Source: a phage
Direction: 5' to 3' (one strand)
Sequence record: PV467748.1
Length of the DNA stretch: 64,000 nt
Below, piece after piece: positions 26,979 through 37,643 of this stretch. The translations under genes and the position numbers were made by a program. Positions within the stretch are counted from its first letter, which is position 1. Every line of letters begins with the position of its first letter. The notes under the pieces are model-generated. The model did not search any database, was not told the origin of the DNA, and worked only from the letters and a program-made list of their open reading frames with translations.

Positions 26979-29690
26979 TTAAAAGTCGAACATATCAAAT
27001 AATGTTGCTTTTTTCTCGTAGTCGATTTTAGCAGACTCAGTAAAACCGGTCAGAGGCTTGATAAAGGTCTTTTGGAACAGTACGTTGTAGTCCATCCAAC
27101 GGAGGACCTGGTCGCGAATCTGAACCGGGAGTTCAATACCTGACGGCCATGCCATACAAGCTTCACCGAACGGGTTGCCTTCTTTAAGCGGCAGTACATA
27201 TACCTTTTCACCATCAACGATACGAGGCATAGTCAAATCACCCGCAGAAGCACGCATGTAAGCTAAGCAACCTTTGATGTGGTATGGGCATTTAGAACCA
27301 GGGAATCCGCCTTCATTATATTTCTCGATGTTGTTAGCACTGGATACTGCTGCAATGCTTACATAATCGAGTTCGTTAAATTCCTTATTAAACTGTTTGA
27401 AATATTCTTGCAAAGATGCCTCGCCTTCCTGAAGCATACGACGGATACATTCCTTCAGAGCTTTCTGAACTGCTTTAGGTGTACTTGATTTCTGAGTTTC
27501 GAGACCCATGATTTTCAAGTGTGGTTCAGCATAACGAGTACCTTCCATGTCCCAAACGTTAAGTGCATAACGTTTCTTGCCTGTCCAGAATCCACCAAGG
27601 CCTTTAGAACCAAGTGGAGGACCTGCGATAGCTTCTCGGTCCATGAACATCAAGTGTTGTTTGTTGTTCATGTACTCGCACATCTCACGGAAGCCTGCAT
27701 CAATAGCCGGTTCCATACGTTCGCGTGCAAATTTATCTAAGAAGTCAACCCAGTGGTTAGTATCACGGAATTTATCTTCGCCTACTTTATTGATGATTGC
27801 ATCCGCCTTAACATAAATGGAGTCAGTATCACCATAGAGCACGAACTTCTGATTTTCAGTCTTACACACGCTATTCAGATATTCGTTAACCTTACGTTCA
27901 ATCCATTGGAGGGCCATTTGACCAAACAGTGTGATTGCAGTTGCGTTCCTGAGGTCATAATAACGGAACCATACGTTACCAAGTGCACCATAAAGGGAGT
28001 TGATAAGCAACTTACGGTTAATCTGAGCAGTGTTACCTGCAACTTCAGTGAGCTCGGCTTTCTTCAACATTTCTCTTAAAGAAGGCGCTGACAGTGCTTT
28101 AATCTGGGCTTTGATTTCGTCAGAGAAGTCAAAACGATAATCGATATCCAGTGGACTATCAACTGAGAGATTAGGATTTTCCAATGCTTCTTTAATTAAC
28201 TCGCCATTACGTTGAGCTGCAAGCATGTAACCTTTATGTTCTTTACGCTGTAAGAACACCTTCGTGATTTCTGTCGGAATCACACCTTCACGGTCTTTAT
28301 AATACATCATACCGTTAGGAGAGCAACTGTAGGTGTCGCTAGGACGCTGAGCAGTTCCGGCAATATATTCATGTATCGGCGCGTTGGCGAATGTCCCTGC
28401 GATGGTCTCTGGGCTTATATTCACTTGTCGAATGATACTCGGGTACAGAGATGTAAGGTCGAAACTCATTACATATTTGTAAGCGTTAGGAATCGGTTCC
28501 TTAACGAAAGCACCAGGATAAGGTTGGACCACGTGTGAACGAGCTTGTGGAATTACCTTGCCTTGTTCTTTAAGGCTATTAAAGATAATAGCGTCCCAAG
28601 TCTTAATTGGACTAAACACCGACTGAATCTGCATCTTGGCATAATAACCCATGTCCAAACTCAGAAGAATGAACTGACGCTTCATATCAATCTGCACTAC
28701 ACGATATACGTCGATAATGTTATAGGAAATATATCGTTGGTGGTTCGTCTCACGTAACTTAGAGATTGGACCATCATATTTCAACTTACCCACTTTCAAT
28801 TCATATTCAGAAACATAATCCAGAGAATAAGAAGGCTGGTTGGTGAAGCTGAATTTTTTATAGAGGTCGATATAATCCAGAACAGAGATACCGAACAATG
28901 TAATGATTTCACGAGCACCGTACATGTTCTCAATAACTTTAACACGAGTTTTACGATGTGGGCTTAATCGCTTAGCAGTGTTCTCACCGAACAGATTTTT
29001 CAGACGGTTATAAACGTACGGTACGTCAAACGACTCAACGTTCCATCCAGTCAAAATCACAGGAGTTTTCTGTTGCCAGAAATTCAAGTACTCAAGCATC
29101 ATTTCTTCTTCAGAATTAAACGGAAGATAAACGATTTTGTCAATGATTTCCTGTGGAACTTCGTCACCACCTTCGTCTTGGAGTTTCTCAGCGATTTTAA
29201 TCGACCACTCTTCAACAGTACCATAAGGCGAAACTAAAAGGTCGAATACATAGAATTTATCGTCAATCGAGTCGTAGTGGGTAATGGCATCGATAGGATG
29301 TTTAGCCTGAGCTGGTTCAGGGAATCCATCAGGAGATGTTACCTCGATGTCGAAGTTAGCAATACGAATCTTAGAAGAATCATATTTGATTTCTTTACGA
29401 TAGGTATCAGACAAATAGGCTAATTTATAGTCGTCCATACCCAGGGCTTCGAGACCCATATCATCCATACGTTTCATCCATTGGGATGCATCACGCATAG
29501 AATCGAATTCTTTCTTAACACAACCCTTACCATAGATATCAATGTATTTTACGGCTTGCTCTGGATTAGCATGCATAAACATTGTAGGCTTGTATGGAAC
29601 TTCACGACTACGTTCGTTACCATTTTTATCGATGTAACGTTCGAGAATATTATCACCGATTTGTTCGACTGTCAAATAGAATTCTTGCAT
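26979..29690 (-). CDS. 43: DNA polymerase (family B), start refined to MQEFYLTVEQIG
   Basis: 903 codons; FDIEVT exonuclease motif, YGDTDS polymerase motif; collinear with remembered RB69/T4 gp43. Confidence 0.95.
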   Translation of the reverse strand: MQEFYLTVEQIGDNILERYIDKNGNERSREVPYKPTMFMHANPEQAVKYIDIYGKGCVKKEFDSMRDASQWMKRMDDMGLEALGMDDYKLAYLSDTYRKEIKYDSSKIRIANFDIEVTSPDGFPEPAQAKHPIDAITHYDSIDDKFYVFDLLVSPYGTVEEWSIKIAEKLQDEGGDEVPQEIIDKIVYLPFNSEEEMMLEYLNFWQQKTPVILTGWNVESFDVPYVYNRLKNLFGENTAKRLSPHRKTRVKVIENMYGAREIITLFGISVLDYIDLYKKFSFTNQPSYSLDYVSEYELKVGKLKYDGPISKLRETNHQRYISYNIIDVYRVVQIDMKRQFILLSLDMGYYAKMQIQSVFSPIKTWDAIIFNSLKEQGKVIPQARSHVVQPYPGAFVKEPIPNAYKYVMSFDLTSLYPSIIRQVNISPETIAGTFANAPIHEYIAGTAQRPSDTYSCSPNGMMYYKDREGVIPTEITKVFLQRKEHKGYMLAAQRNGELIKEALENPNLSVDSPLDIDYRFDFSDEIKAQIKALSAPSLREMLKKAELTEVAGNTAQINRKLLINSLYGALGNVWFRYYDLRNATAITLFGQMALQWIERKVNEYLNSVCKTENQKFVLYGDTDSIYVKADAIINKVGEDKFRDTNHWVDFLDKFARERMEPAIDAGFREMCEYMNNKQHLMFMDREAIAGPPLGSKGLGGFWTGKKRYALNVWDMEGTRYAEPHLKIMGLETQKSSTPKAVQKALKECIRRMLQEGEASLQEYFKQFNKEFNELDYVSIAAVSSANNIEKYNEGGFPGSKCPYHIKGCLAYMRASAGDLTMPRIVDGEKVYVLPLKEGNPFGEACMAWPSGIELPVQIRDQVLRWMDYNVLFQKTFIKPLTGFTESAKIDYEKKATLFDMFDF

Positions 29691-29747
29691 TTCATTTCCT
29701 TTATAGACGAGTGATTGTCTTTTGTTTGTTGATGAATCATTATACTC

Positions 29748-29772
29748 CAAAAGGGACCGAAGTCCCTTTGCT
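29748..29772 (-). terminator. UUCG-tetraloop hairpin upstream of gene 43 (terminator and/or translational operator region)
   Basis: aagggac-cgaa-gtccctt; followed on the transcript by TATAAT. Confidence 0.45.
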
Positions 29773-29987
29773 TAAATTTCTATTGTCTGACGTTTAATAG
29801 TTGAATTACCATCTTCGTCTTTAGTTTTAATCATAGCCTGGAAGACTTGCTGGCCAGGATGTAGTAACTTTTGGAGGTCCTTTTGAAATTCTATTTGGAG
29901 CTCTTCGGAAAGGTCAAAAATCGTTTGAGTTGGAGAAAGTCCGTATACCTCTTTAAGACGTTCACACGTTTCAATTTCAAGAATCAT
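29772..29987 (-). CDS. hypothetical protein (71 aa)
   Basis: ATG at 29987 directly after the regA stop. Confidence 0.35.
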   Translation of the reverse strand: MILEIETCERLKEVYGLSPTQTIFDLSEELQIEFQKDLQKLLHPGQQVFQAMIKTKDEDGNSTIKRQTIEI

Positions 29988-29988
29988 A

Positions 29989-30351
29989 TTAATTACCAAT
30001 GGTATACTTAGACAGTAGTTCCCAGTCATTTTTCTGCTTAAAGGAAATGACACGGAAATTATTAGTGATTTCGAACAGCTCAGAGTCGTCTACTATATCA
30101 ATCAGTCCCCACTCCTTAAGAAGCTGGGCAATTGAATCACGACGTTGGTAGTCTTCACCATCGATATCAACTTGGCGGCCATCCATACGTAACATCTCTT
30201 TAAAGTGGACGATATAATATAGCCCTTGCTTTTGCAGAATGTGGCAGGATTGATATAGTTTCTTTTCTTTATTATTAGCGATACCCATACGAGTTAGGGT
30301 CTCTTTCACTTTCAAGAAGTCTTCAGGTTGTTTCAGAGTAATTTCAATCAT
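29989..30351 (-). CDS. regA: RegA translational repressor
   Basis: MIEITLKQPEDFLKVKETLTRMGIANNKEKKLYQSCHILQK... near-identical to remembered T4 RegA. Confidence 0.9.
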   Translation of the reverse strand: MIEITLKQPEDFLKVKETLTRMGIANNKEKKLYQSCHILQKQGLYYIVHFKEMLRMDGRQVDIDGEDYQRRDSIAQLLKEWGLIDIVDDSELFEITNNFRVISFKQKNDWELLSKYTIGN

Positions 30352-30357
30352 TTTAAT

Positions 30358-30930
30358 TTACCATTCCAATGCTTTCTTTTTCAAGTCTTTTTGTTCTTTA
30401 ACATTTTTGGTTACGGATTTCAGGAACTCGTCCGTAACCAACCCTTTCATCTTCTTAAGCATCGCCGGAAGATGGCCTTTAATTTTATAAGTCTCGAGAT
30501 AACGATAAGCGTCATCATTATTAATTGAATGGTATTTCATCAATAAACGAGTAATAAAAACTACACTAACTTCATCATCATGGGCCTTAGCCCATTTACC
30601 AAATCTCTTACCCTTAGGAACCGCGTGTAAAAGATAGTTAAAATGACTTTGGTCATCAAGTTTCAAACAGTTAACCATTGCAGCTTGCATAATGCAATCC
30701 ACATGTTGGCTCAAACTATTATCGAGCCAAAATTGATTGTAGTTTTCCGACTGAGCCAAGTTACGTTGGTTCTTACCATATGTGATATCGTTCATAATGG
30801 CGAACAATTCGTTTTCAGCCTTTTCTTTAAATGAATCGGCCAAGGCTTGAATTGCCGCGTCATTACGTGATTTCCAAGCAACTTCATGTTCGTTCAGTTC
30901 GACGTCATCATCAAAAAGACTTATAGCCAT
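30358..30930 (-). CDS. 62: clamp loader small subunit
   Basis: 190 aa; position between 44 and regA. Confidence 0.7.
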   Translation of the reverse strand: MAISLFDDDVELNEHEVAWKSRNDAAIQALADSFKEKAENELFAIMNDITYGKNQRNLAQSENYNQFWLDNSLSQHVDCIMQAAMVNCLKLDDQSHFNYLLHAVPKGKRFGKWAKAHDDEVSVVFITRLLMKYHSINNDDAYRYLETYKIKGHLPAMLKKMKGLVTDEFLKSVTKNVKEQKDLKKKALEW

Positions 30931-31880
30931 TGGAGCTCCAGAGCAAGTTGGATGAACAGATAAGTCATGTGAATTTCTGGGTTAGCCGCAATACCGTGGT
31001 ATTGGTTATTTTCACCGACAATTTCATACATTCTAACAATGCTTGGCCCAGGCAATTTACCATAGAGTTCGTTAGCCAGTGACATAATAAAGTTGGAATA
31101 GTCATTGACATGGCGTGGAGCTAATGCACGGAGTTCTTTAAAGTTTTTATCTTTAAGTGCAGCCACTACTTCATCGATAGGCGAATTGGTATTCATTACA
31201 ATACTCAAAATGCCTGAATCGATTTTACCGCCGGACGAGTAACGGTCCAGTTGGTTAACTGTTTTACGGAAGTCAGGAAAGTTTTGTTTAACTAAAGCAG
31301 CAATAACTTTAAGGTCTTCGACTTCGATATTTTCGTTTTTACAGATTGCTACAGCACGATGAATCATTTCTTTCATCATGTTCGTTTGGTCAGTCGGAGT
31401 GGCTTCACCAAATTTAATAACACGACAGCGGGATTGAAGCGGGCTGATAATACCATCAATATTGTTTGCTGTAATAATTACAGAACAGTTTGAGGAATAG
31501 GCTTCTAAGAACGAACGAAGGTGACGTTGAGCTTCAGCAACACCAGCGCGGTCGAATTCGTCGATAACAATTACCTTACGTTTACCTTCGATAGATTTGG
31601 AAGATGCAAAACGAGTAAGTTCATTACGAACGAAATCAATACGGCAGTCAGAACCGTTAACAAACAGCATGTCTGAATTTGTATCAGCACACAATGCTTT
31701 AGCTACGGTAGTTTTACCTGTACCTGGTGAAGAAGAGACTAGGATAATGTTAGGGATTAAGCCCTTATTAACAATGGCTTGGAGGGTTTCTTTATCATGC
31801 GCAGGCAGAATACACTCAGATAAAGTACCTGGACGATATTTCTGTTCGAACATGAATTCATTATTGTTTACTGTAAGCAT
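30921..31880 (-). CDS. 44: clamp loader large subunit (AAA+)
   Basis: 319 aa; Walker A SSPGTGKTT, Walker B VIVIDEFD. Confidence 0.9.
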   Translation of the reverse strand: MLTVNNNEFMFEQKYRPGTLSECILPAHDKETLQAIVNKGLIPNIILVSSSPGTGKTTVAKALCADTNSDMLFVNGSDCRIDFVRNELTRFASSKSIEGKRKVIVIDEFDRAGVAEAQRHLRSFLEAYSSNCSVIITANNIDGIISPLQSRCRVIKFGEATPTDQTNMMKEMIHRAVAICKNENIEVEDLKVIAALVKQNFPDFRKTVNQLDRYSSGGKIDSGILSIVMNTNSPIDEVVAALKDKNFKELRALAPRHVNDYSNFIMSLANELYGKLPGPSIVRMYEIVGENNQYHGIAANPEIHMTYLFIQLALELQWL

Positions 31881-31942
31881 ATTAATTTCCTCAGGTTTGT
31901 TTTTACATTATACTCCAAGGGAGGAATATTCCTCCCTATGCT

Positions 31943-32641
31943 TTAGAACGAGTGGCTTGAGCCTGCTTCCATAGCCAATACATAAGAAGCTTGTGAACCT
32001 TCAAACTTGGCTGCGAAACGAGCGTCCTGACCTTCACCACGAGCCCATAACAGTACATGGTAATCGGCAGGCATCATTTTCATATTAGTTTTGTTGATAA
32101 TGAATTTGAATTCAGGGCCATCATGGTCTGCAACCACTAAGGAATACAATGGACGTGCCAGGTCCTTATCATCAACTTGTTTGTAGCCATTGATTACAAT
32201 TTTACCATTGTCTACAGTAATAGCAAATGTATCAATACTCAGTCCAGAGGACACACGCATCAACTGTTGGTAATCTTCGGCTTTAAGGTCAAAAATAACT
32301 TCAGCCACCGGGAACGGAATAGCTTTGCTTGGGAATGCAATTGTACTTGGGTCGGCAATAGGCCACTTAATAGTTGAACGTTGGTCTTTAATAATTAGAG
32401 TGGTTTGGTCTTCACTTACCGAAACTTCAGCGCTATCAGATACCAATGACAGAATACTTAAGAAGCCGTTCAAATCATAGATTGCGGCTTCGATATCAAA
32501 GGTATCACTTACAGTAGCTTCACCATAACTTGCACCCGTTACTGAACGAGTTAGAATAGTGTTACCAGGCTTAAGCATGATACCTGGGTTAATACTGGAG
32601 AAGTTTTTCAGAATGGTCAGAGTTTCTTTAGAGAATTTCAT
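31943..32641 (-). CDS. 45: sliding clamp
   Basis: collinear with remembered T4 gp45 (ITVDNGKIVINGY, KFEGSQASYVLAMEA). Confidence 0.9.
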   Translation of the reverse strand: MKFSKETLTILKNFSSINPGIMLKPGNTILTRSVTGASYGEATVSDTFDIEAAIYDLNGFLSILSLVSDSAEVSVSEDQTTLIIKDQRSTIKWPIADPSTIAFPSKAIPFPVAEVIFDLKAEDYQQLMRVSSGLSIDTFAITVDNGKIVINGYKQVDDKDLARPLYSLVVADHDGPEFKFIINKTNMKMMPADYHVLLWARGEGQDARFAAKFEGSQASYVLAMEAGSSHSF

Positions 32642-32665
32642 AATGTTTCCTTATCAAGTCAAAAA

Positions 32666-33079
32666 TTAAGCAATAACGATCATTTGTTTACGAATGGATT
32701 CAGGCAGAGATTTAATATACTCTGGAATCTGGGAAGCAACAATAGCACCGGCTTCAAGCAGTTGTTCGTCAAAATCTACGCAATAATCATCTTCGAGACG
32801 TTCAGAACCATCACGGTCGATAACCAGTTTAGCACCTGCGGCCAATGAATCATTATAATGGCGACGCATAATTTCTACCCACTTATCAGATACGTCGTTA
32901 TCAATGATACCGTAGAGCATGAACTTAGTTTCTTGTGGAAGAGACTGCAATCGACGTGCAGAGTCGGTATCAATATTCAGTACCCATGATTTACGGATAC
33001 GGTTTTGATTGTGTGGGTTGGAGTCAGTACGAATGGTTTTAACTTGGATATCTTTAACAGTAATAGCGTTAGCAAACAT
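32666..33079 (-). CDS. rpbA: RNA polymerase-binding protein RpbA-like
   Basis: position between 45 and 46; ATG at 33079 with SD. Confidence 0.45.
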   Translation of the reverse strand: MFANAITVKDIQVKTIRTDSNPHNQNRIRKSWVLNIDTDSARRLQSLPQETKFMLYGIIDNDVSDKWVEIMRRHYNDSLAAGAKLVIDRDGSERLEDDYCVDFDEQLLEAGAIVASQIPEYIKSLPESIRKQMIVIA

Positions 33080-33134
33080 AATATTTTCTCTCATTTGGTT
33101 GGTAGATGTATTATAAATCAATATTTTAAAGCAC

Positions 33135-33332
33135 TTAACGTTTAATCAAGTATTCATAAACGAACCAGGCAGGGTTCCTGTTCGACATGATTCTATCATA
33201 CTCTGACTTAAAAGCATTTCGGAGATAATCTTCAGTAACAAGATGTTCGTCTCCAGAGAAGTTGTTAACTAAAACATACCGCTTTAGTTCAGGAACGGCC
33301 AACAAATGCTGGCCTGTTATAAAATCACTCAT
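33135..33332 (-). CDS. hypothetical protein (65 aa)
   Basis: ORF only. Confidence 0.4.
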   Translation of the reverse strand: MSDFITGQHLLAVPELKRYVLVNNFSGDEHLVTEDYLRNAFKSEYDRIMSNRNPAWFVYEYLIKR

Positions 33333-35011
33333 TCCATCACCGTGAATCGTCCAACTTTCTTCATTTGAAGATGTTGGCCATAAGCTTGTGGGTCATGGTC
33401 TCGGTGAGAGATAATGAACACGTTCGTATCTTCAAGGCTATTCAAGATGGTTGCAATGCTCTTAACACCCTCGGCGTCAGTAGCACTGTCAAAAACTTCA
33501 TCAAGAATTAATGTGCTGATATTAACACCGGATACCTTTGAAGCAATATCACGCCAGGTAAAAAGTAGTGCGATATCAATACGTGCTTTCTCACCCTGTG
33601 AAAATGAAGCATAACTAAAGTCTTCACGTCCACGTGATTTAATCGTCTCATTGAATTCTTCGTCTAGGGTAAAGACGTAGTCGGCTTCCATAATCTTCAA
33701 ATAAGAATTTATCTGCTTATTAAAGATAGGAATGTATTTCTTAATAATGGAACCTTTAATACCGGTATCCTTCAACATTTCTGTTAGAATTCCACGATGA
33801 TATTTTTCCATTACCAATGTGGATTTGGTAGAGACGATTTTATCAAGCTCTGCTTGAAGCGTGGCAATCTCTTCGGCATTACTTACAAACTCTGCAGCTG
33901 CTTGGTCTATTAATACTTTAACCTTTTTAGCCTTCTCAACAGCAGTAACAGCTTGTTGCTTATGAGTAGCTATCTGGGATTTAATAGCCAGCGCTTTATT
34001 ACGTTGCTCAGTTACTTGGTCTTTAATAAGTTTGAGCTCTTGGTATTGCTCATTAATCTTATCCAAAGATTTTTGAAGCTCAAAGTTTTTATCCTTAATT
34101 TTAGTAAGGATATTACCATGCTCTTCTAACCCTTGCATACACGTAGGACAGCTGCCACCAGTTTCGTATAATTTCACGACCTTAGTAAAGGTTGCCATAT
34201 CATTCTTGATTGCAAACCCTTTATTGCTCAGGTCACTCATGGAGTCGCTAGGGTCATCGTCGACAATGACATTGAGTAATTCATCAGTTAGTTTTTCTAT
34301 ATTGCCCTTCGCAGTCCTGGCTTCTTTAACGAGCTCATCATACATTAATTGTAGTCGTGCCGCGTTCTCGCCGGATAATTTACGCTGACGCTCTTCGTTG
34401 TCATTATAAATTTTAATCTGTTGGGTAATAGAATCCTGTTTAACGTCTATTACCTGGATTTGGCTATTAGTCTCACGAATCAGAGATTTGTTCAACTTAT
34501 CCATATCCGCTAATACAGAAACCTCTAAAAGGTCTTCCACCAGCTTTCGACGCGCTGGGGTTGACAAACCCATGAAGGGGGTATACCCTGCCGTGCCAAG
34601 AACGACAATCTGTTTGAAGCTTGCATAGGACATTCCGATAAGCTGTTCAAATTCTGCTTGGAAGTCTTTACTGCTGGCAGATTCATCAAGACGTTCACCG
34701 CCACAAGAGATTTCAAAAACGTTCGGTTTTTGCCCACGTTTGATGTAGTATTCTTTGTCGTCATATTCCATCCACAGTTCGACCAAAAGGTCTTTCTTGT
34801 TACTTGAGTTAATTAATTGCCCTTTCTTAACATCACGAAAAGGCTTACCGAACAGAGCAAATGTAACAGCTTCAAGGAACGTAGATTTCCCTGCACCATT
34901 TTTACCTGTGACTAAGGTCTTTTGGACCTTATCAAGTTGGATTGTAATAGGCTGCTGGCCTACTGACATGATATTTTTATACGTTACTTTCTTTAACTTA
35001 AAAGTCTTCAT
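33329..35011 (-). CDS. 46: recombination endonuclease subunit (Rad50/SbcC-like ATPase)
   Basis: 560 aa; Walker A TGKNGAGKST, central coiled coil, C-terminal signature region. Confidence 0.9.
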   Translation of the reverse strand: MKTFKLKKVTYKNIMSVGQQPITIQLDKVQKTLVTGKNGAGKSTFLEAVTFALFGKPFRDVKKGQLINSSNKKDLLVELWMEYDDKEYYIKRGQKPNVFEISCGGERLDESASSKDFQAEFEQLIGMSYASFKQIVVLGTAGYTPFMGLSTPARRKLVEDLLEVSVLADMDKLNKSLIRETNSQIQVIDVKQDSITQQIKIYNDNEERQRKLSGENAARLQLMYDELVKEARTAKGNIEKLTDELLNVIVDDDPSDSMSDLSNKGFAIKNDMATFTKVVKLYETGGSCPTCMQGLEEHGNILTKIKDKNFELQKSLDKINEQYQELKLIKDQVTEQRNKALAIKSQIATHKQQAVTAVEKAKKVKVLIDQAAAEFVSNAEEIATLQAELDKIVSTKSTLVMEKYHRGILTEMLKDTGIKGSIIKKYIPIFNKQINSYLKIMEADYVFTLDEEFNETIKSRGREDFSYASFSQGEKARIDIALLFTWRDIASKVSGVNISTLILDEVFDSATDAEGVKSIATILNSLEDTNVFIISHRDHDPQAYGQHLQMKKVGRFTVME

Positions 35012-35232
35012 GTATTGTTCTCACGAATTGTTTGTTCGGCATATTCTAGCATTTCTTCGGAAGAAGCAAACACGTCGTCAAGTTCCATGGCCCATGAAAC
35101 ACCTTCAGAATATTCAGAAGTGACATACATAGTTCCGGTATACCAAGAACCATCCACGTCCCATTCTACATTACCAAACCAGCCATCGCCAATATGAAAA
35201 TCATGTTTATACATTTTCATCATTATAAGCAT
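35008..35232 (-). CDS. hypothetical protein (74 aa)
   Basis: ORF only. Confidence 0.35.
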   Translation of the reverse strand: MLIMMKMYKHDFHIGDGWFGNVEWDVDGSWYTGTMYVTSEYSEGVSWAMELDDVFASSEEMLEYAEQTIRENNT

Positions 35233-35470
35233 CCTTGATGCATGATTCAGCCATATGAATTAATGTTTCTGGAGTATCATCTACCATTACATTAAAGCTA
35301 AATTCTACAGCCCAATCAGTGGCAACATAAACTTTAATAAGCTCGTTGGTATCACGAGTGCTCACGGCTTCAAACCAGAACTTAATAATACTCGTTTGTC
35401 CATCGTCATCAATAACTGTGCAGTCATGCTCCAGTTCAAGTCCTGATTTTTTGAATTCATCTAAAGTCAT
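35207..35470 (-). CDS. hypothetical protein (87 aa)
   Basis: ORF only. Confidence 0.4.
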   Translation of the reverse strand: MTLDEFKKSGLELEHDCTVIDDDGQTSIIKFWFEAVSTRDTNELIKVYVATDWAVEFSFNVMVDDTPETLIHMAESCIKDAYNDENV

Positions 35471-36489
35471 CGTGTAACCTCATTATAAAGTTGTGCAGCC
35501 ATAGTCTTAAGGGCTTTAACATCGTCTTCGGTGTGACCATCAGGAAGGGCATCGATATAATCATACATCATATCCAAGAGGGACTTAACTTCATCTTCCT
35601 CTTCAGAATCATCGATATCAACGCTGTTATCTACCTTAGACACAATACGTAAAGAGTGAACAACCTTTTCAAGTTCAGATTCGAACTTGGTAAGCCCGTC
35701 ATCAATTTTATCGACTATAACACGAACCGCAATATTTGTAAAATCTTTGTAATCGATAGTCGCATTCGGGTAATGAATCTTACGATGCCAACAGGTTTCA
35801 TTGATGATGAAATCCATTTTATGCGTTTCTGTATCGAAAATCCAGAAGCCACGAGGGTCGTTCTCATCACCGGCAGTTAGGGTCCATGGCGTACCAATAT
35901 ACTTAACGTTTGCCGCATCAGAAATGGTGTGGAAGTGGCCAGACCATACTTGCTTATACTTCTTAAGGAAATCAGGTTCTAAACCATGTGATTTCATTCC
36001 TTTATAGAAATAGAAACCATTTAATTCCCAGTGGCCAATACAGAAATCTGCTGTAGTATTTTTGATATGGTCCATGATATCGGTCGTGTTTTCTTCACAC
36101 ATCCATGGAATCAAATCAATTTCGGTGCCATCAAAGTTAACCGTAGTAGGTTTTTCAATAACCTTGATATGGTCGTATTTACCCAGAACTTCAGAAGCCG
36201 CGTTCGGCGTCAGGGTGTTTTTGTAGTGCATATCATGGTTGCCAACGATAGTATACATGGTAATGCCGTTGGCTTTAAGCAAATCAGAGATTTCGCGAGC
36301 GAATTCCATACACTTATGGGTAATTGCTTTACGAACGTCAAAGATATCACCGTATTGAATCCATACAGTAATGCCATTTGCTTTAGAATAATTAATAGCG
36401 TCTTGGATACCTTGACGTTGGATATTTTGTACCCACACATCATCGGCCTTCACTCCAAGGTGCCAGTCACCTGTGTTTAATATTTTCAT
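35467..36489 (-). CDS. 47: recombination endonuclease subunit (Mre11/SbcD-like phosphoesterase), start refined to MKILNTGDWHLG
   Basis: GDWHLG, GNHD, GHFH phosphoesterase motifs. Confidence 0.9.
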   Translation of the reverse strand: MKILNTGDWHLGVKADDVWVQNIQRQGIQDAINYSKANGITVWIQYGDIFDVRKAITHKCMEFAREISDLLKANGITMYTIVGNHDMHYKNTLTPNAASEVLGKYDHIKVIEKPTTVNFDGTEIDLIPWMCEENTTDIMDHIKNTTADFCIGHWELNGFYFYKGMKSHGLEPDFLKKYKQVWSGHFHTISDAANVKYIGTPWTLTAGDENDPRGFWIFDTETHKMDFIINETCWHRKIHYPNATIDYKDFTNIAVRVIVDKIDDGLTKFESELEKVVHSLRIVSKVDNSVDIDDSEEEDEVKSLLDMMYDYIDALPDGHTEDDVKALKTMAAQLYNEVTR

Positions 36490-36629
36490 AAGCCAAGCAC
36501 CGTTATTGCAATGCAAAATAAAATTATTGAAATGACCCCGTCAGGAGTGGAAAAGAATCCTATCCAACAAGCTCGTGTGAATGTGTAGAATGCCATGAAT
36601 AACACGACATATCCTAAAAGTAGTTCCAT
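36486..36629 (-). CDS. small hydrophobic peptide (47 aa), not in the ORF track
   Basis: SD GAGGAG before ATG at 36629; stop overlaps gene 47 start (ATGA). Confidence 0.35.
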   Translation of the reverse strand: MELLLGYVVLFMAFYTFTRACWIGFFSTPDGVISIILFCIAITVLGL

Positions 36630-36639
36630 ATGTTCTCCT

Positions 36640-36678
36640 CAGTTGGTTCATTTTATCATCCGAATATAAAGCAAAAAA
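36640..36678 (-). promoter_or_regulatory. candidate MotA-dependent middle promoter
   Basis: minus TTTGCTTTAT followed ~12 nt later by TAAAAT; directly after the terminator hairpin. Confidence 0.35.
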
Positions 36679-36696
36679 GGAGCCTAAGCTCCTTTA
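36672..36696 (-). terminator. hairpin aggagc-ctaa-gctcct
   Basis: inverted repeat with U-run on the transcript. Confidence 0.45.
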
Positions 36697-36915
36697 CCAA
36701 CTAATACACCATACAGAGGTTCATGAGAAGACCTGAACTTAATAGGCTTATATGTAATAGTACCTTCGTTTTCTGCTTTAATACGAGCGGCTTCAAATTT
36801 AAGAATCATCTCGTTTTTGTCAGATTTAATCTTATCAAAATCCATCGAATTCGTCATTCATACGACCTCTTAAACTTTTTCGTATTCGTCATTCATTAGC
36901 CTGCAGTCCATGTTA

Positions 36916-37116
36916 TCATCGCTGCCACCATTTCTTAAGTTGATGCGAATCTACCCAAACCTTGGCTACGGGCTCAATCCGAAAAATTCCATCGGAATAC
37001 TGGCCGACCATTTTGTATTCGGTTTCGGACTGCTTAATACAGATATTACCGTATGAGCGAAGTCTAAAGGCGGCTCCAATAAGAAGCCGTTTAAAGGGTT
37101 TATTTACTAGAGCCAT
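36916..37116 (-). CDS. hypothetical protein (66 aa)
   Basis: ORF only. Confidence 0.35.
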   Translation of the reverse strand: MALVNKPFKRLLIGAAFRLRSYGNICIKQSETEYKMVGQYSDGIFRIEPVAKVWVDSHQLKKWWQR

Positions 37117-37411
37117 TGACGATTTCCCAAATTTGTTTGCGGGTAGATTCCCACATCAATTGAACAAGTTCATCAGTAACAGGTTGACGGTAAATACCAC
37201 GTAATTTAATTAAAGCGTACTTATATGCTTCAAAGTTGTTTTCAAGTACAGCGCCTTGGGCATGGAGATTTAAACGACGGATTTCACGAGCATTCTTCTT
37301 AAGAATCTTAGCCGCTTGCGAATTAGCTTCTTTAATATTGTGCTCTTCTAAACGTTGCTGGGCTTCTTCAATTTGCTCATCAGTCAATTGAGAAATGTCA
37401 TGGCTTTGCAT
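37100..37411 (-). CDS. hypothetical protein (103 aa)
   Basis: ORF only. Confidence 0.4.
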   Translation of the reverse strand: MQSHDISQLTDEQIEEAQQRLEEHNIKEANSQAAKILKKNAREIRRLNLHAQGAVLENNFEAYKYALIKLRGIYRQPVTDELVQLMWESTRKQIWEIVNGSSK

Positions 37412-37412
37412 A

Positions 37413-37643
37413 TTAATCCTTTGGAGTCAATTCAATAGTGAAGTAGAAATTAGCGTTCTCAACATGATAACGATAATCTACGTTATTGTCAGGAGAAGTG
37501 AATTCAATATTCCTGACGTTAAGTGGGTCAATATCAATAGGAAGACCTTTAACATCCCGTAATATCAATTTAATAAAATAAGGGAGTGCTTCGAAGTCTT
37601 CCATTCCATCTAAAAGTGGAGTGATATTAATCTGATGTTCCAT
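37413..37643 (-). CDS. hypothetical protein (~76 aa), start uncertain
   Basis: overlaps the 3' end of gene 55; no clear SD. Confidence 0.3.
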   Translation of the reverse strand: MEHQINITPLLDGMEDFEALPYFIKLILRDVKGLPIDIDPLNVRNIEFTSPDNNVDYRYHVENANFYFTIELTPKD